Source of the DNA: Candidatus Aenigmatarchaeota archaeon
Lineage (GTDB): Archaea; Aenigmatarchaeota; Aenigmatarchaeia; QMZP01
Reading direction: 5' to 3'
Length of the DNA: 64,000 nt
Assembly: GCA_038999435.1 (NCBI GenBank)
Contig: JAVZYR010000001.1
Span: 18,944 to 82,943 of the forward strand
The translations under genes and the position numbers were made by a program. The notes under the pieces were generated by a model. That model was given only the letters and a program-made list of their open reading frames with translations, was not told the origin of the DNA and did no database searches. This document shows, one piece after another, positions 29,519 through 39,642 of this stretch (within the stretch, counting starts at the first letter, position 1; every line of letters begins with the position of its first letter).

Positions 29519-29728
29519 TTACCTCCTCACCCTTAATATAACTGAGTGTTTTGTCTTTATTATTTCTATCTCCGGCTCATTTCGTATGAATTCTATGAGC
29601 CTTACATACTTTTTGATTGTTATGTTGTGAATACCTGTCTGTTTGGCAAGCTCATTCATCGAACATACCCTAGCTTTTTCTATAGCTCTAAACATGTCTT
29701 CAATGATTTCAAGTGGGTCTCTTTTCAT
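29519..29728 (-). CDS. Small winged-helix/HTH protein
   Basis: [23 protein letters not shown] pattern; its 3' end carries the SD for cdc48. Confidence 0.65.
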   Translation of the reverse strand: MKRDPLEIIEDMFRAIEKARVCSMNELAKQTGIHNITIKKYVRLIEFIRNEPEIEIIKTKHSVILRVRR

Positions 29729-29818
29729 ATTATATATTTTTTTATATTGTAATATTAATATTTAAATATTTTGGTTGAAAATTTAAATTAAGATATTTTA
29801 AATAACGCAATAATTAAA

Positions 29819-31087
29819 ATGGATGTTATCTTAATACTTTCCTATATTGGTGTTCTGCTTGGTTTAGGTATTATAATTGCAAATCTAATGAAAAAAATAA
29901 GAATACCTGATGCCTTAGCTTTAATCTTGCTTGGTTTGTTCCTTGGTCCTACAATTTATAGGAACCCTCTTATCAGCTCTAACATTCAGCTAAAGCTAAT
30001 AGATGTTGCAGCGATGGGTATAGTACCAGATATAGTGAGAATGACTGCTATCATACTTATAGTTTTTATAAGCACATTTTCGATGCCTATTAGCATGTTT
30101 AAAAGATTTTCCGATGTTTCTTTGAGGCTTGCTTTTTTTATTCCTATACTAAATACAGCAATCCTTGGTATAGTTGCGCATTTTCTTTTTAATCTCGAAT
30201 GGATTTACGCATTCCTGCTTTCTTCAATCTTATGTGGTACATCTGTAGGTGTTTTATACACATTTGAAAAATATTTTTCTGAAAAAAAGATTATAAACAC
30301 ATTGAAGATGGAATCTATATTCAACTCGCCTCTAAGTGTTCTCTTGCCCTTGATGTTTTTGGGAATTGTAACAAATCCAAGCATATTTGAGCCGATAAAG
30401 CATATATCACAATTTTGGCTTCTCATAGCCGCAGGTGTCGGTACAGGTTTGGTTGTTGGTTTTGGTATGACAAAAATCCTAAAAACCATTCTAAAGGAAT
30501 ATACACCTCTCCTACTTTTTGCAACAGCCCTGATAACATTTACACTTGCTGAAAATGTGGGTGGCTCTGGTATGCTTGCAGTTGCAATATGTGGGCTCAT
30601 TGTTGGTAACTATTCATCAGGTATAAGGGAGGAGGCGTTGAAATTTGAGGACCAGATATCAGAGCTGCTAAGGATAGCAGTTTTTACTCTACTCGGTGCA
30701 CAAATATACTTCAGCATAACAGCTGAACAATTCCTACTTGCTCTTGTTTTCTTTTTCGTAATTGTGATTTTAAGACCATTGATGCTTATCTTGTTTATGA
30801 GAAAGGAGAGAAAAGAGATGTCAAGGGAAGACTTTCTCATGTTATCTTTCATTGCACCAAAAGGTGCGGTTGAGGCGGCAATGGCACCGGTTGTGGCATC
30901 TGCTTTGCTCATTGCAGGCATGTCAGCAATGGCAGATTCAATAATGAACATAGTCTTCTGCATCATCGTATTTTCAATTCTTTTGAGCACCATAATATGT
31001 GAGATTGCATATAAAAAGAGCGAAAAGGAAAAATCCATCAAAAAGATTTACAAAAATTATGAAAAGCTCAGATTACCTAAGAGCTAG
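29819..31087 (+). CDS. Cation:proton antiporter (CPA1/NhaP-like)
   Basis: About 12 TM segments; ES.FN, GSGMLAV and PKG motifs. Confidence 0.85.
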   Translation: MDVILILSYIGVLLGLGIIIANLMKKIRIPDALALILLGLFLGPTIYRNPLISSNIQLKLIDVAAMGIVPDIVRMTAIILIVFISTFSMPISMFKRFSDVSLRLAFFIPILNTAILGIVAHFLFNLEWIYAFLLSSILCGTSVGVLYTFEKYFSEKKIINTLKMESIFNSPLSVLLPLMFLGIVTNPSIFEPIKHISQFWLLIAAGVGTGLVVGFGMTKILKTILKEYTPLLLFATALITFTLAENVGGSGMLAVAICGLIVGNYSSGIREEALKFEDQISELLRIAVFTLLGAQIYFSITAEQFLLALVFFFVIVILRPLMLILFMRKERKEMSREDFLMLSFIAPKGAVEAAMAPVVASALLIAGMSAMADSIMNIVFCIIVFSILLSTIICEIAYKKSEKEKSIKKIYKNYEKLRLPKS

Positions 31088-31304
31088 TTTTGCACATCTT
31101 TTCAGCCCTTTTTATCATCTCTGATTTGAGTGCAATAAAAGCACCACCTCTCTTACCTCGAATAAAAGTTACCTCTCCTGGCTTAATGATATCCTCAATT
31201 GGGCCCTCGATATCAATATGGGTTATTCTTGCCTTACTCTTACCTTTTATATGTATGTAGATTGTTCCATTGATTTTATACTTTCCTTCCCCAGGGCCTG
31301 ACAT
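31077..31304 (-). CDS. Hypothetical protein, 75 aa
   Basis: ATG ORF downstream of guaB with protein-like composition. Confidence 0.6.
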   Translation of the reverse strand: MSGPGEGKYKINGTIYIHIKGKSKARITHIDIEGPIEDIIKPGEVTFIRGKRGGAFIALKSEMIKRAEKMCKTSS

Positions 31305-31329
31305 AATTTAAAATTTAGAATGAGATAAT

Positions 31330-32787
31330 TTATTCATCTATGATTACAATATCATGGGGCCCAAGCATTCTTTTAGATGCCTCAGAAAGTCTTTCTAAAA
31401 CAGCCTTTTTTCTATATTCTTCCAAATTTTTTGCACCCACGTGACTCATTGTGATTTTCAAAGCCATCGAATATTTTTCTACCCCTGGTTTCAGATAGCC
31501 TTGGTAAAGTACGAGCCCATCAACACCTTGATATATCAATGTTTGCCTTTCCCCAGGTATTTCATATCTTTTCATATCGCCCGTTGTCTCAGCAGCCCTT
31601 TTTGAACCTTCACCCCAATATTCCTTGAATTTTTTCCCATTTTTTTCAACAAGTTTTCCTGCTGATTCCTCAAAACATGCGAACAATTTTCCTGACATAA
31701 TAGCATCAGCATGTGTTAATGCAATGCATATATCATGCGTATCTTCCATTCCACCATCGGCAATTATTGGTATATATCTTTTATCCGCATATCTATCCCT
31801 TTCTTTTGCTATTCTTACAAGCGATGAAAATGGTGGTGCGCCGACACCAAGGACAGCACTTGTGATGCATATTGAGCCAGGGCCCATACCGATTTTTATA
31901 GCATCAGCACCAGCTTCTGCAAGATATCTAAAGCCTTCTGGAGTTACGATGTTGCCTGCACAAATCTGCCTTTCATATTTTTCTTTAAATCTTTTTACAA
32001 CATCACTTGCCCACTCTGTATAGGCATCAGATGTGTCTATAAAAATTATATCTGCTCCTGCCTCTACAAGCGCTTTTGCCCTTTCTTCCCAACCAGGATG
32101 TGTATCTATTGCACCACCGATTCTATATCCTTCATTTTCTTGTCTAAAAACAAGTTTTCTTAACCTGTACTCTTTACCTTTTTTTGTTTCTATTTCTTCA
32201 AGAACAGGTACAAGCCTTAAATCATATTTTTTCATAAACTCCTTTATCTCTTTTTCGCTCATGTTATCGCTTACCCACAGATCCTTTTTGCAATCAAAAG
32301 GCTTCATTATTTTTTGGATTGGTGTATTTGGTTCCATTCTATCATGATACAGGGGCTCATATTTGAACATGCCTTTGTATCTACCTAATCTATCTTTTAC
32401 AGGCATGTTGGAATGTCCATACTTGCTTACATTTTCAATTGCATCTGCAATTGTATTATCATCTAAAAGGGTTACGGGATTTTCAATAGATTCTATCTCA
32501 CCCTTTTTCACCTCATTTTCTTTTACGTATCTAACAATATCCACTTGTTTTTGTATGCTAAGCCCTCTTGGCGCAACTGCCATTAATCCTATCTTTGCTG
32601 CTTCTAATGCAAATCTTTCATCAACGATAGACCTCATTGCAGCAGGCAAAAATGGTTTTATTACAATATCTCCAATCTTTGTATTGATATCTATATTCGA
32701 AGGAATATGTTCGCTTGTAGTGTAACCTGGATGTATCACAAAATCTTTATAGGTTGTTCCTGTAATACTACCTATTATCTTTGCCAT
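31330..32787 (-). CDS. guaB: IMP dehydrogenase with CBS subdomain
   Basis: GMGPGSICIT catalytic loop, IADGG, EYWGEGS. Confidence 0.9.
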   Translation of the reverse strand: MAKIIGSITGTTYKDFVIHPGYTTSEHIPSNIDINTKIGDIVIKPFLPAAMRSIVDERFALEAAKIGLMAVAPRGLSIQKQVDIVRYVKENEVKKGEIESIENPVTLLDDNTIADAIENVSKYGHSNMPVKDRLGRYKGMFKYEPLYHDRMEPNTPIQKIMKPFDCKKDLWVSDNMSEKEIKEFMKKYDLRLVPVLEEIETKKGKEYRLRKLVFRQENEGYRIGGAIDTHPGWEERAKALVEAGADIIFIDTSDAYTEWASDVVKRFKEKYERQICAGNIVTPEGFRYLAEAGADAIKIGMGPGSICITSAVLGVGAPPFSSLVRIAKERDRYADKRYIPIIADGGMEDTHDICIALTHADAIMSGKLFACFEESAGKLVEKNGKKFKEYWGEGSKRAAETTGDMKRYEIPGERQTLIYQGVDGLVLYQGYLKPGVEKYSMALKITMSHVGAKNLEEYRKKAVLERLSEASKRMLGPHDIVIIDE

Positions 32788-32821
32788 AGAAAATATTAAT
32801 AAAAAATTTTAAAAATCGCCA

Positions 32822-34792
32822 TCAAACTTTTTGCAAAAATTTCGGGCTTGGCTCAAACAGGGTACCGTCTCTTTTTAGCTTCTCTATCGCTTCTTCTGCC
32901 TTATCCTTATCTATACCTTCTTTTTCTGCATTTTCTATAACCTCATGTACAGGTATCTCTTTCTTTTTCTTGCTGAGGTTGTTAATTATATCAAGTATGA
33001 CCCTTATTGCAGCGCGCTCAGTTGATGTTGTTATACCTTCGGTCCTATCAACATCAATTACATTTGTTCCAGGTTCACAACCAAGTTGCTTTAGTGAAAA
33101 TTCCATAAGCCTTATTGCCCTTAGCGCATCTTCCTTTCTTACATAATCTTGAAGCTGAATTTTTGCTGATGCCTCTGACAATCTAAGTAAAGCCTCAAAT
33201 TGTCTTAATGTAATTGGTATGGGTGCGCCAAGGCTTTGTGCTTTCCTTCTCGTCTCAACGTAAAAATTTTTCAGCAATTCTTGTGTCTCTTTTGTATGCT
33301 CTGGCTTGCATCTCTCTCTTGTATAGGCAATATATTTCCGTATCAGTGATGGTTCAAGAATTGGAAGGGTTTCTTTAGATTCTGTTCTTGCTTTGAATAT
33401 GTGTTCAACAACCTTTGCATCTTCTTCAGGATTTGGGATATCTTTTAGAACAAATTTTAAATCAAATCTACCAAGAAGCGTGTCTGGTATAGTTATTTGT
33501 TTTGCTATTGGCATGTACGGGTCAAATCTACCAAATTTAGGATTACCACCTGCAAGTACAGAGGTTTGCGCAGGTAATGTCGTGACTATTGATGCCTTTG
33601 CTATAGAAACGCTTCCTTGTTCAAGTGCCTCGTGCATTGCAACCTGGTCATCTGCAGACATCTTTTCGAATTCATCCACTGAAAGAAGGCCTTTGTTTGC
33701 AAGTACAATTGCACCAGCCTCTACAACCCACCCTCCCATGAATTGTTCATCTTTTGAAACGGTTGCGGTCAGACCTGCAGTAGTCACACCCTTTCCAGAT
33801 ACATATCTCCCTCTCGGTACAATCGATGGTACAAGCTTCATTAGTTGTGATTTCCCTGATGCAGGATCACCTATCAGCAGGATGTGTATATTTCCTCTGA
33901 ATTTTGTACCATCAGGTAATGTCCTTGGTACGCCTCCAAAAAGTTGAAGTATGACAGCCTCCTTTATTTCTCTCATACCATACAGGCTTGGTGCAAGAGA
34001 ATCAATAAGCATATCATAGATTTGCGGATTTTTTGCAAGCTCTTTGATCAACATTTCATCTTCAGGTGTTATCTCAACCTTCTCATATCCAATTTCAGTT
34101 GGTTCAATCCAATTTACATCAAGGTAGAAATCAAGTTTGACTGTAGATTTTGTTTTTGGTATTTCTCTGAGTATACCTGTTACTTTTATCCTATTTCCAG
34201 GATCGGTGAGATTTCTAAGGCCTTTTTTAACAAGGTCCCCCTTCAGCCATATTGTCAATTGTGATGGCCTTTCCCCTTCTGTTAGTTCAAATGGTTCTTC
34301 TATTACTGCCCATCTGCTATCTATTAATTTTTTGCTAACCTGCCTTATTCCTCTTCTATTTCCACAATCGCATTGCGTAGGTTTTGGGAGCCAATTTGCT
34401 ATCCTTTCTGTAATCATTATTTTACCACAATCAGGACATTTCCACTCAGCATACATTATTTCAGGTCTTATCTCAGATGATTTTCTTACAATGCCTTCTG
34501 TGCATATAAATTTTCCTATATGTCTTGACCTAAGGTCTCTTATATTCGTTATGTCAACGTTAATGATACCAGGTCTTTTTTGAAAGTTTAATTCTTTGAG
34601 TGCCTCGTCAGCTATCTCAAACCATTCCTCAGGATTTTCTAAGAGCAATTCTGCAAGCTGTGGATTAAATCGATGCATCAAACCAAAATCAACAACAAAA
34701 ACATCTTCTGCTTCGACAATATTTTTAAGTAGCCCTTTTTCAAAAAAATCTTTTAGCTCAAATACAAGCCTTTCTCTTTTTTCTTCAGGCAT
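32822..34792 (-). CDS. mcm: MCM replicative helicase
   Basis: Zn finger, GDPASGKSQ, DEFEKM, RFDL, C-terminal winged helix. Confidence 0.96.
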   Translation of the reverse strand: MPEEKRERLVFELKDFFEKGLLKNIVEAEDVFVVDFGLMHRFNPQLAELLLENPEEWFEIADEALKELNFQKRPGIINVDITNIRDLRSRHIGKFICTEGIVRKSSEIRPEIMYAEWKCPDCGKIMITERIANWLPKPTQCDCGNRRGIRQVSKKLIDSRWAVIEEPFELTEGERPSQLTIWLKGDLVKKGLRNLTDPGNRIKVTGILREIPKTKSTVKLDFYLDVNWIEPTEIGYEKVEITPEDEMLIKELAKNPQIYDMLIDSLAPSLYGMREIKEAVILQLFGGVPRTLPDGTKFRGNIHILLIGDPASGKSQLMKLVPSIVPRGRYVSGKGVTTAGLTATVSKDEQFMGGWVVEAGAIVLANKGLLSVDEFEKMSADDQVAMHEALEQGSVSIAKASIVTTLPAQTSVLAGGNPKFGRFDPYMPIAKQITIPDTLLGRFDLKFVLKDIPNPEEDAKVVEHIFKARTESKETLPILEPSLIRKYIAYTRERCKPEHTKETQELLKNFYVETRRKAQSLGAPIPITLRQFEALLRLSEASAKIQLQDYVRKEDALRAIRLMEFSLKQLGCEPGTNVIDVDRTEGITTSTERAAIRVILDIINNLSKKKKEIPVHEVIENAEKEGIDKDKAEEAIEKLKRDGTLFEPSPKFLQKV

Positions 34793-34829
34793 GTTTTACT
34801 TTTGGCAGATAGAAATTTTAATCTTTGTG

Positions 34830-35582
34830 CTACTTAGACATTTGTGCTAATCTAGACCTTACCTCTTCAAGTTCTTTAACTGTATTAACAGGAATCCACA
34901 TTTCTACAGGGAGAAAACATGAGTATATTTTTTTCTTTTTTGCAAGAAAAGGAAAAACTGTTTTTTCCCATTCAACAGGTATTTTGCTATTGAGTGGAAT
35001 GTATTTTTCGATTGCATCAAAAAATTCTGGCTCTGCGATGAATATGCCCGTATTTGTAGGTATTCGGATTATTGGCTTCTCTTCAAATCCTTGCACAATA
35101 CCATTATTTCTAATTTTTGCTGCACCAAAAGGATATTTCTGACCCTTTGTGAAAAGCACCGTAATGGCTGTATTAAATCTTTTAATCCCGATTAGGTGTG
35201 CCTTGAGCAATACCTCAGGATATTTGTCATCAAGTATAACATCATCAGGAAAGACAAAGATAGAGCGTTTTCTTTCAACTGCCCCATCTTTCAATGCATG
35301 TCTTAGGGCAAGGCCTTTTCCTGGTGCAATACCAGGCTTAAAAGGTGGATCAGGGTAAAATTTTATATCAAGCCTTTTATATTTTCTGCTAACATGTTTT
35401 ACGATTTCCTTATGTTTTCCATAGAGAATTATAAAATTTTTTGCTCCATATTTCAAAAGCTGTTTAATAGTTCTATCAAGAAGTGTATTTTTGTCTATTT
35501 TAATAAGGGCTTTTGGTTTTTTGATGCCCATCCTTTTAGCCATGCCACCAGCAAGTATAACAATTTGAATATCCTTTAACAT
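34830..35582 (-). CDS. Nucleotidyltransferase (NTP_transferase family)
   Basis: ILAGG..KR...PKAL signature; FEEKP, NTG. Confidence 0.85.
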   Translation of the reverse strand: MLKDIQIVILAGGMAKRMGIKKPKALIKIDKNTLLDRTIKQLLKYGAKNFIILYGKHKEIVKHVSRKYKRLDIKFYPDPPFKPGIAPGKGLALRHALKDGAVERKRSIFVFPDDVILDDKYPEVLLKAHLIGIKRFNTAITVLFTKGQKYPFGAAKIRNNGIVQGFEEKPIIRIPTNTGIFIAEPEFFDAIEKYIPLNSKIPVEWEKTVFPFLAKKKKIYSCFLPVEMWIPVNTVKELEEVRSRLAQMSK

Positions 35583-35677
35583 AAAATTGATTGTATGCTT
35601 GTTTTAAAAATATGTAGAAGAATCTAAAGCTTTTAAATAACCAAAAACAATTTTAACATTAAAAATGGAGGTTTGAA

Positions 35678-35905
35678 ATGGTAGAATTTGAAACACTGAA
35701 AACAGAAGAAGTAAAATTTGGGAAAAATAACTTCATAGAGATAGCAAGGAAAAAAGCAATAGCGACAGACAATGAAAATGAGTTTATTGCAATAAGCCGA
35801 GGGTTTTTCCTTCCTGATGGCACGAGGCGATACAAGAGATCGATAGCGATACCTGATGAAAAAGAAATAAAAGAGTTTATATCTGAAAAATTAAAAGAAA
35901 TCTAA
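35678..35905 (+). CDS. Small conserved-looking protein, possible PC4/PUR-like nucleic-acid-binding fold
   Basis: GGAGGT SD; predicted beta4-alpha pattern. Confidence 0.6.
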   Translation: MVEFETLKTEEVKFGKNNFIEIARKKAIATDNENEFIAISRGFFLPDGTRRYKRSIAIPDEKEIKEFISEKLKEI

Positions 35906-35928
35906 TATAATTCTGGCAAATATTTAAT

Positions 35929-37581
35929 ATGTTAAGCCAGAAAGACAAAGATGTAGTTTTAAGGTTCTGTCTACAAAATGCAATTTTACATAATGGAAAG
36001 GCTGATGAAAAGGCAGTTCTTAGTAAAGTATTAGGTACAAGGCCAGAGCTTAGAGTAAAAATAGATGAACTTAGAAAAGAGATAAACAAAATCATTAAAG
36101 ATATAAATAAACTTGACATATCTAAACAAAAAGAAAAACTTGAAAAAATAGCACCAGAACTTCTTGAAAAAGAAAAAGAAAAATTTGAACTTCCAGATAT
36201 CAAAACAAAAGAGAAGTTTGTCACAAGGTTTGCACCATCACCAACAGGCCCTTTAAATATATTTCATTTTCTCAGACCAGTATACATACCATATTATTAT
36301 GCAAAAAAATATCATGGAATATGGATATTGAGATTCGATGATACTGACCCGGCAAGAATAGAAAGGCAATTTTACGATTTTATAATTGAAGATTTGAGAA
36401 ATTTTGGTATAATCCCAGATAAAATCATATATCAATCTGATAGCATTGAAGATTGTTATTCAAAGGCAAAAAAACTTTTAGATGAGAAAAAGGCATACAT
36501 ATGCACATGCCCTGTCGAAAAATTTAAGGAATTAAAAGAAAGAAAAATCAATTGCCCATGCAGGGATGGAAGGCATGCAAAGCTCTGGTCAGAAATCCTT
36601 ACAGGAAAAATAAAAGAAGGTCATGCAGTTGTCAGGCTTAAAACAAGCATGCAGAGTCCAAATCCGGCTATAAGGGACCCACCTCTGCTTAGAATCATAG
36701 AGGCAGAGCATCCGAGAAAAGGTAAAAAATATAAATTGTGGCCTGTGTATAACTTTGCTTCAGTTATATGTGACCATAATGAAGGCATAACCCACATTTT
36801 TAGAGGAAAGGAGCATGAACATAATACAGAAATTCAGAAAATGATATATTCTGCATTAGGATGGGATACCCCTTCTGTGATAAATTTTGGCATGATATAC
36901 TTTCCAACTGAAAAGATGCACACAAGGGACATAAAAAGGGCAATAAAGGAAGGTAAGCTGAAAGGATGGGATGATCCACGGTTACCAACATTAAGAGCAT
37001 TATTAAGAAGAGGTTTTGACCCTGAAGCATTGAAACAACTTTCTTTAAAAATTGGCCTGACAAAAACAGACATCAAACTTGGCTGGGAAAATATAGAAGC
37101 ATTTAACCGAAAGATTATAGACCCAAAATCTAATAGATATTTTTTCGTTCCAAACCCTGTCAGAATATCCATTGATGGGATAAAAACAAAAGAGGTCAAA
37201 CTTAAATTACATCCTGATTTTGGTGAAAGAGGTGAGAGGGTAATACCAGTAGAACGAGATAGGATATATATAGATAGGAGCGATTGGGAAAAGATGCAGG
37301 GAAAGGAGGTAAGGCTTATTGGTTTGTGCAATATAAGGCTAAAAGGTGATAAAGGTGAATGTACAGGTTTGGAGATCAAAAAGGAGATTCAAAAGATTCA
37401 ATGGGTCTCAGAACCTCATTTAAATCTAAGGCTCATCAGGCCAGAAGGAGAAATTAGCGGTTTTTGCGAGCCTGATTTGGTTAAGGTTGAAATAGGGAAA
37501 ACTGTGCAGTTAGAGCGGATAGGTTTTGGCAGGGTCGATGCGAAAAATTCTGAGATTGTGATATATTGGGCACATCAATAA
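35929..37581 (+). CDS. gltX: Glutamyl-tRNA synthetase (archaeal, probably non-discriminating)
   Basis: RFAPSP, LRFDDTDP, THIFRGKEH, GWDDPRLPT, QLERIGF. Confidence 0.95.
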   Translation: MLSQKDKDVVLRFCLQNAILHNGKADEKAVLSKVLGTRPELRVKIDELRKEINKIIKDINKLDISKQKEKLEKIAPELLEKEKEKFELPDIKTKEKFVTRFAPSPTGPLNIFHFLRPVYIPYYYAKKYHGIWILRFDDTDPARIERQFYDFIIEDLRNFGIIPDKIIYQSDSIEDCYSKAKKLLDEKKAYICTCPVEKFKELKERKINCPCRDGRHAKLWSEILTGKIKEGHAVVRLKTSMQSPNPAIRDPPLLRIIEAEHPRKGKKYKLWPVYNFASVICDHNEGITHIFRGKEHEHNTEIQKMIYSALGWDTPSVINFGMIYFPTEKMHTRDIKRAIKEGKLKGWDDPRLPTLRALLRRGFDPEALKQLSLKIGLTKTDIKLGWENIEAFNRKIIDPKSNRYFFVPNPVRISIDGIKTKEVKLKLHPDFGERGERVIPVERDRIYIDRSDWEKMQGKEVRLIGLCNIRLKGDKGECTGLEIKKEIQKIQWVSEPHLNLRLIRPEGEISGFCEPDLVKVEIGKTVQLERIGFGRVDAKNSEIVIYWAHQ

Positions 37582-37582
37582 A

Positions 37583-39640
37583 TCATATTATCCCAAGCCC
37601 AGCTAATGCCTCTTTAATAAGGCTGCCGAACATAGAACTTGTTGCAATAGCAATGAGCATGTAGAATATGAGGGCGATTAAAATCATCTGGCCAGCTGTC
37701 GCTTTTAGAGAGACAGGATCTTCTCCCTTATCAATCTTTATCAGGAAGAGTGCAAGCACAAAAACAATTTCAAGCAGATATATACCTACTATCAGTTGAA
37801 ACATAGATGCTGTGATGGATGGTGCACCCATGCTGATAAGACTAAAATTTAATCCACCTATCGGTCCACCAGCCCCTGCAACACTTTGTAGATAATCTCC
37901 TAATTTGATTAAAACCTGAACTATCACATCTGTCATTGCAACAATGAGCCCTGATATCATTGGCGTAAGAAAGTATGCCTGAAATTTCATCGAACTTGTT
38001 GTATCAGAGAGGATCTCCCTTATATATTCTTGCGTCTCCTTTATTGATTTGAGATAATTTGCAATTCTAAGCATACTTTCAGATGCATATCTCACACCTT
38101 TCTTTGCAGTATCTATAACCGTGTACATGATATTCTCGATGAGTCTTGATGGATAGTATTTTATTGCACCCCATTGTTTGTCAAACAACGCTTGCTCAAA
38201 TGTCATGCCAAGTGTTCTCATATTCTTTAATGTATGTTTGAAAAGGCCTGCTATTTCCATATCTTTCAGCTCACCTATTGCATATTCCATTGCAACCTCT
38301 GTCGGAATTCCACCAGCAACTCTATTTCCGAGCTGGAAGAGTGCAAGTTCAAATTCTGATTCAATCTTTTGGATGGAATTCTGTATTTTTATCATCTGAT
38401 GTGATGAGAGGAAGAAATAGGCACCAACAGCAAAACCAACAGCCATGACAATCAAACCGGACATGGTCATCGAAAGTATAGGGTTTGGATCATATACTGC
38501 TTTTGGTTGTTGTGTTTCAGGGTCAAATGGAGGGATGAGAAAATCAGGGTTTGTTATAAAATATATAAATCCAGGGGTAGCAAGGATGATAAAGACGCAA
38601 AGGGATATTGGCCATATCGGCATATCCTTTTTCCCAATCCTAAGATGTCCAGGTTTTGGTAGTTCGGGATGTCGAGAGATGTCAATCTGGGAAAAAGTTG
38701 CAGGCCTTTTGTTAAGTGTATTTGTAATAAACCATATTATCACAATAGGAAGGATAATATTATAACCCAAAACAAAATGAACAGGTGATACAAGGTTTGC
38801 AAGAAAAACAGCAGCTAATGGCGCCATGATTGTGCCGAGTACTGGGAGTATAATCCCCATCATGTGTATGACCATAACAGGCATCTTTAGATCCTGTGCA
38901 TAATGTTTCATTCTCGTCTTTGTCCCTTCGAGCACAACATTTAGTGCTTGGTCTAGAACCTCTTTTGCCCTTTCAGGTGGTTGGAATTGAGAATCCTTAA
39001 TGAGTCGTAAAGATTCCGCAAATTCTTCATTTTCGAATTTCCATTTTTTGATATATGCATCGATTGCCTCATTTGCAGATGGGTATATCCGCATTTCTAT
39101 ATCCCAGAGGAGTTTTCTCATATCCCATGCAAGTTCGCCTGATACATTAAGTGCTGCAAATTTCAATGCCCTTTCTAGATTTGGTGAAACCCTCATCGAC
39201 ACGACCATATAAAGGATTGCCAGCACAATCTGCGCCGATGCCTTTATTCGATAGTTTTTAACGAGATTTAATGGATATTTCAAGAAATAATACGAAACAA
39301 GAAAACCCATTGCCATAATGAGCATCCCGCCTATTATAGGGACACCGAATGCAACTATTGCAATCACACCAAGGACCACAAATGAAATTATCGTCAAAAT
39401 CATCAATGCCATAACAGATTCTGGTGTAACTCTTAGTCCAGTAAAAGCAACAGCAGATTCTATATTTCTTTTAACATCATCACTTGGCTTGACTTTGATA
39501 AGTGATGCTGCAATGTCATTCAATCTTTCATACCAGTTTTTCTTTCTTTCAGCAACCTCTTTGAAAATTTTGTATTCTCTTGTGACAAGTTCAGGTTCCT
39601 TTTTAATCTCTGGCTCTTTTTTCTTTCCAAATAAAACCAT
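37583..39640 (-). CDS. TadC/FlaJ-like (T2SS F-domain) pilus platform membrane protein
   Basis: Duplicated T2SSF-like architecture: NLERA and GNR...G.PTE motifs with flanking TM pairs. Confidence 0.7.
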   Translation of the reverse strand: MVLFGKKKEPEIKKEPELVTREYKIFKEVAERKKNWYERLNDIAASLIKVKPSDDVKRNIESAVAFTGLRVTPESVMALMILTIISFVVLGVIAIVAFGVPIIGGMLIMAMGFLVSYYFLKYPLNLVKNYRIKASAQIVLAILYMVVSMRVSPNLERALKFAALNVSGELAWDMRKLLWDIEMRIYPSANEAIDAYIKKWKFENEEFAESLRLIKDSQFQPPERAKEVLDQALNVVLEGTKTRMKHYAQDLKMPVMVIHMMGIILPVLGTIMAPLAAVFLANLVSPVHFVLGYNIILPIVIIWFITNTLNKRPATFSQIDISRHPELPKPGHLRIGKKDMPIWPISLCVFIILATPGFIYFITNPDFLIPPFDPETQQPKAVYDPNPILSMTMSGLIVMAVGFAVGAYFFLSSHQMIKIQNSIQKIESEFELALFQLGNRVAGGIPTEVAMEYAIGELKDMEIAGLFKHTLKNMRTLGMTFEQALFDKQWGAIKYYPSRLIENIMYTVIDTAKKGVRYASESMLRIANYLKSIKETQEYIREILSDTTSSMKFQAYFLTPMISGLIVAMTDVIVQVLIKLGDYLQSVAGAGGPIGGLNFSLISMGAPSITASMFQLIVGIYLLEIVFVLALFLIKIDKGEDPVSLKATAGQMILIALIFYMLIAIATSSMFGSLIKEALAGLGII

Positions 39641-39642
39641 AT

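Noticed and set aside
27323..29541. Many long antisense ORFs over cdc48 (similar ones over mcm, guaB and AMP phosphorylase)
   Set aside because: Typical shadows caused by codon bias on the coding strand; no motifs or start signals.
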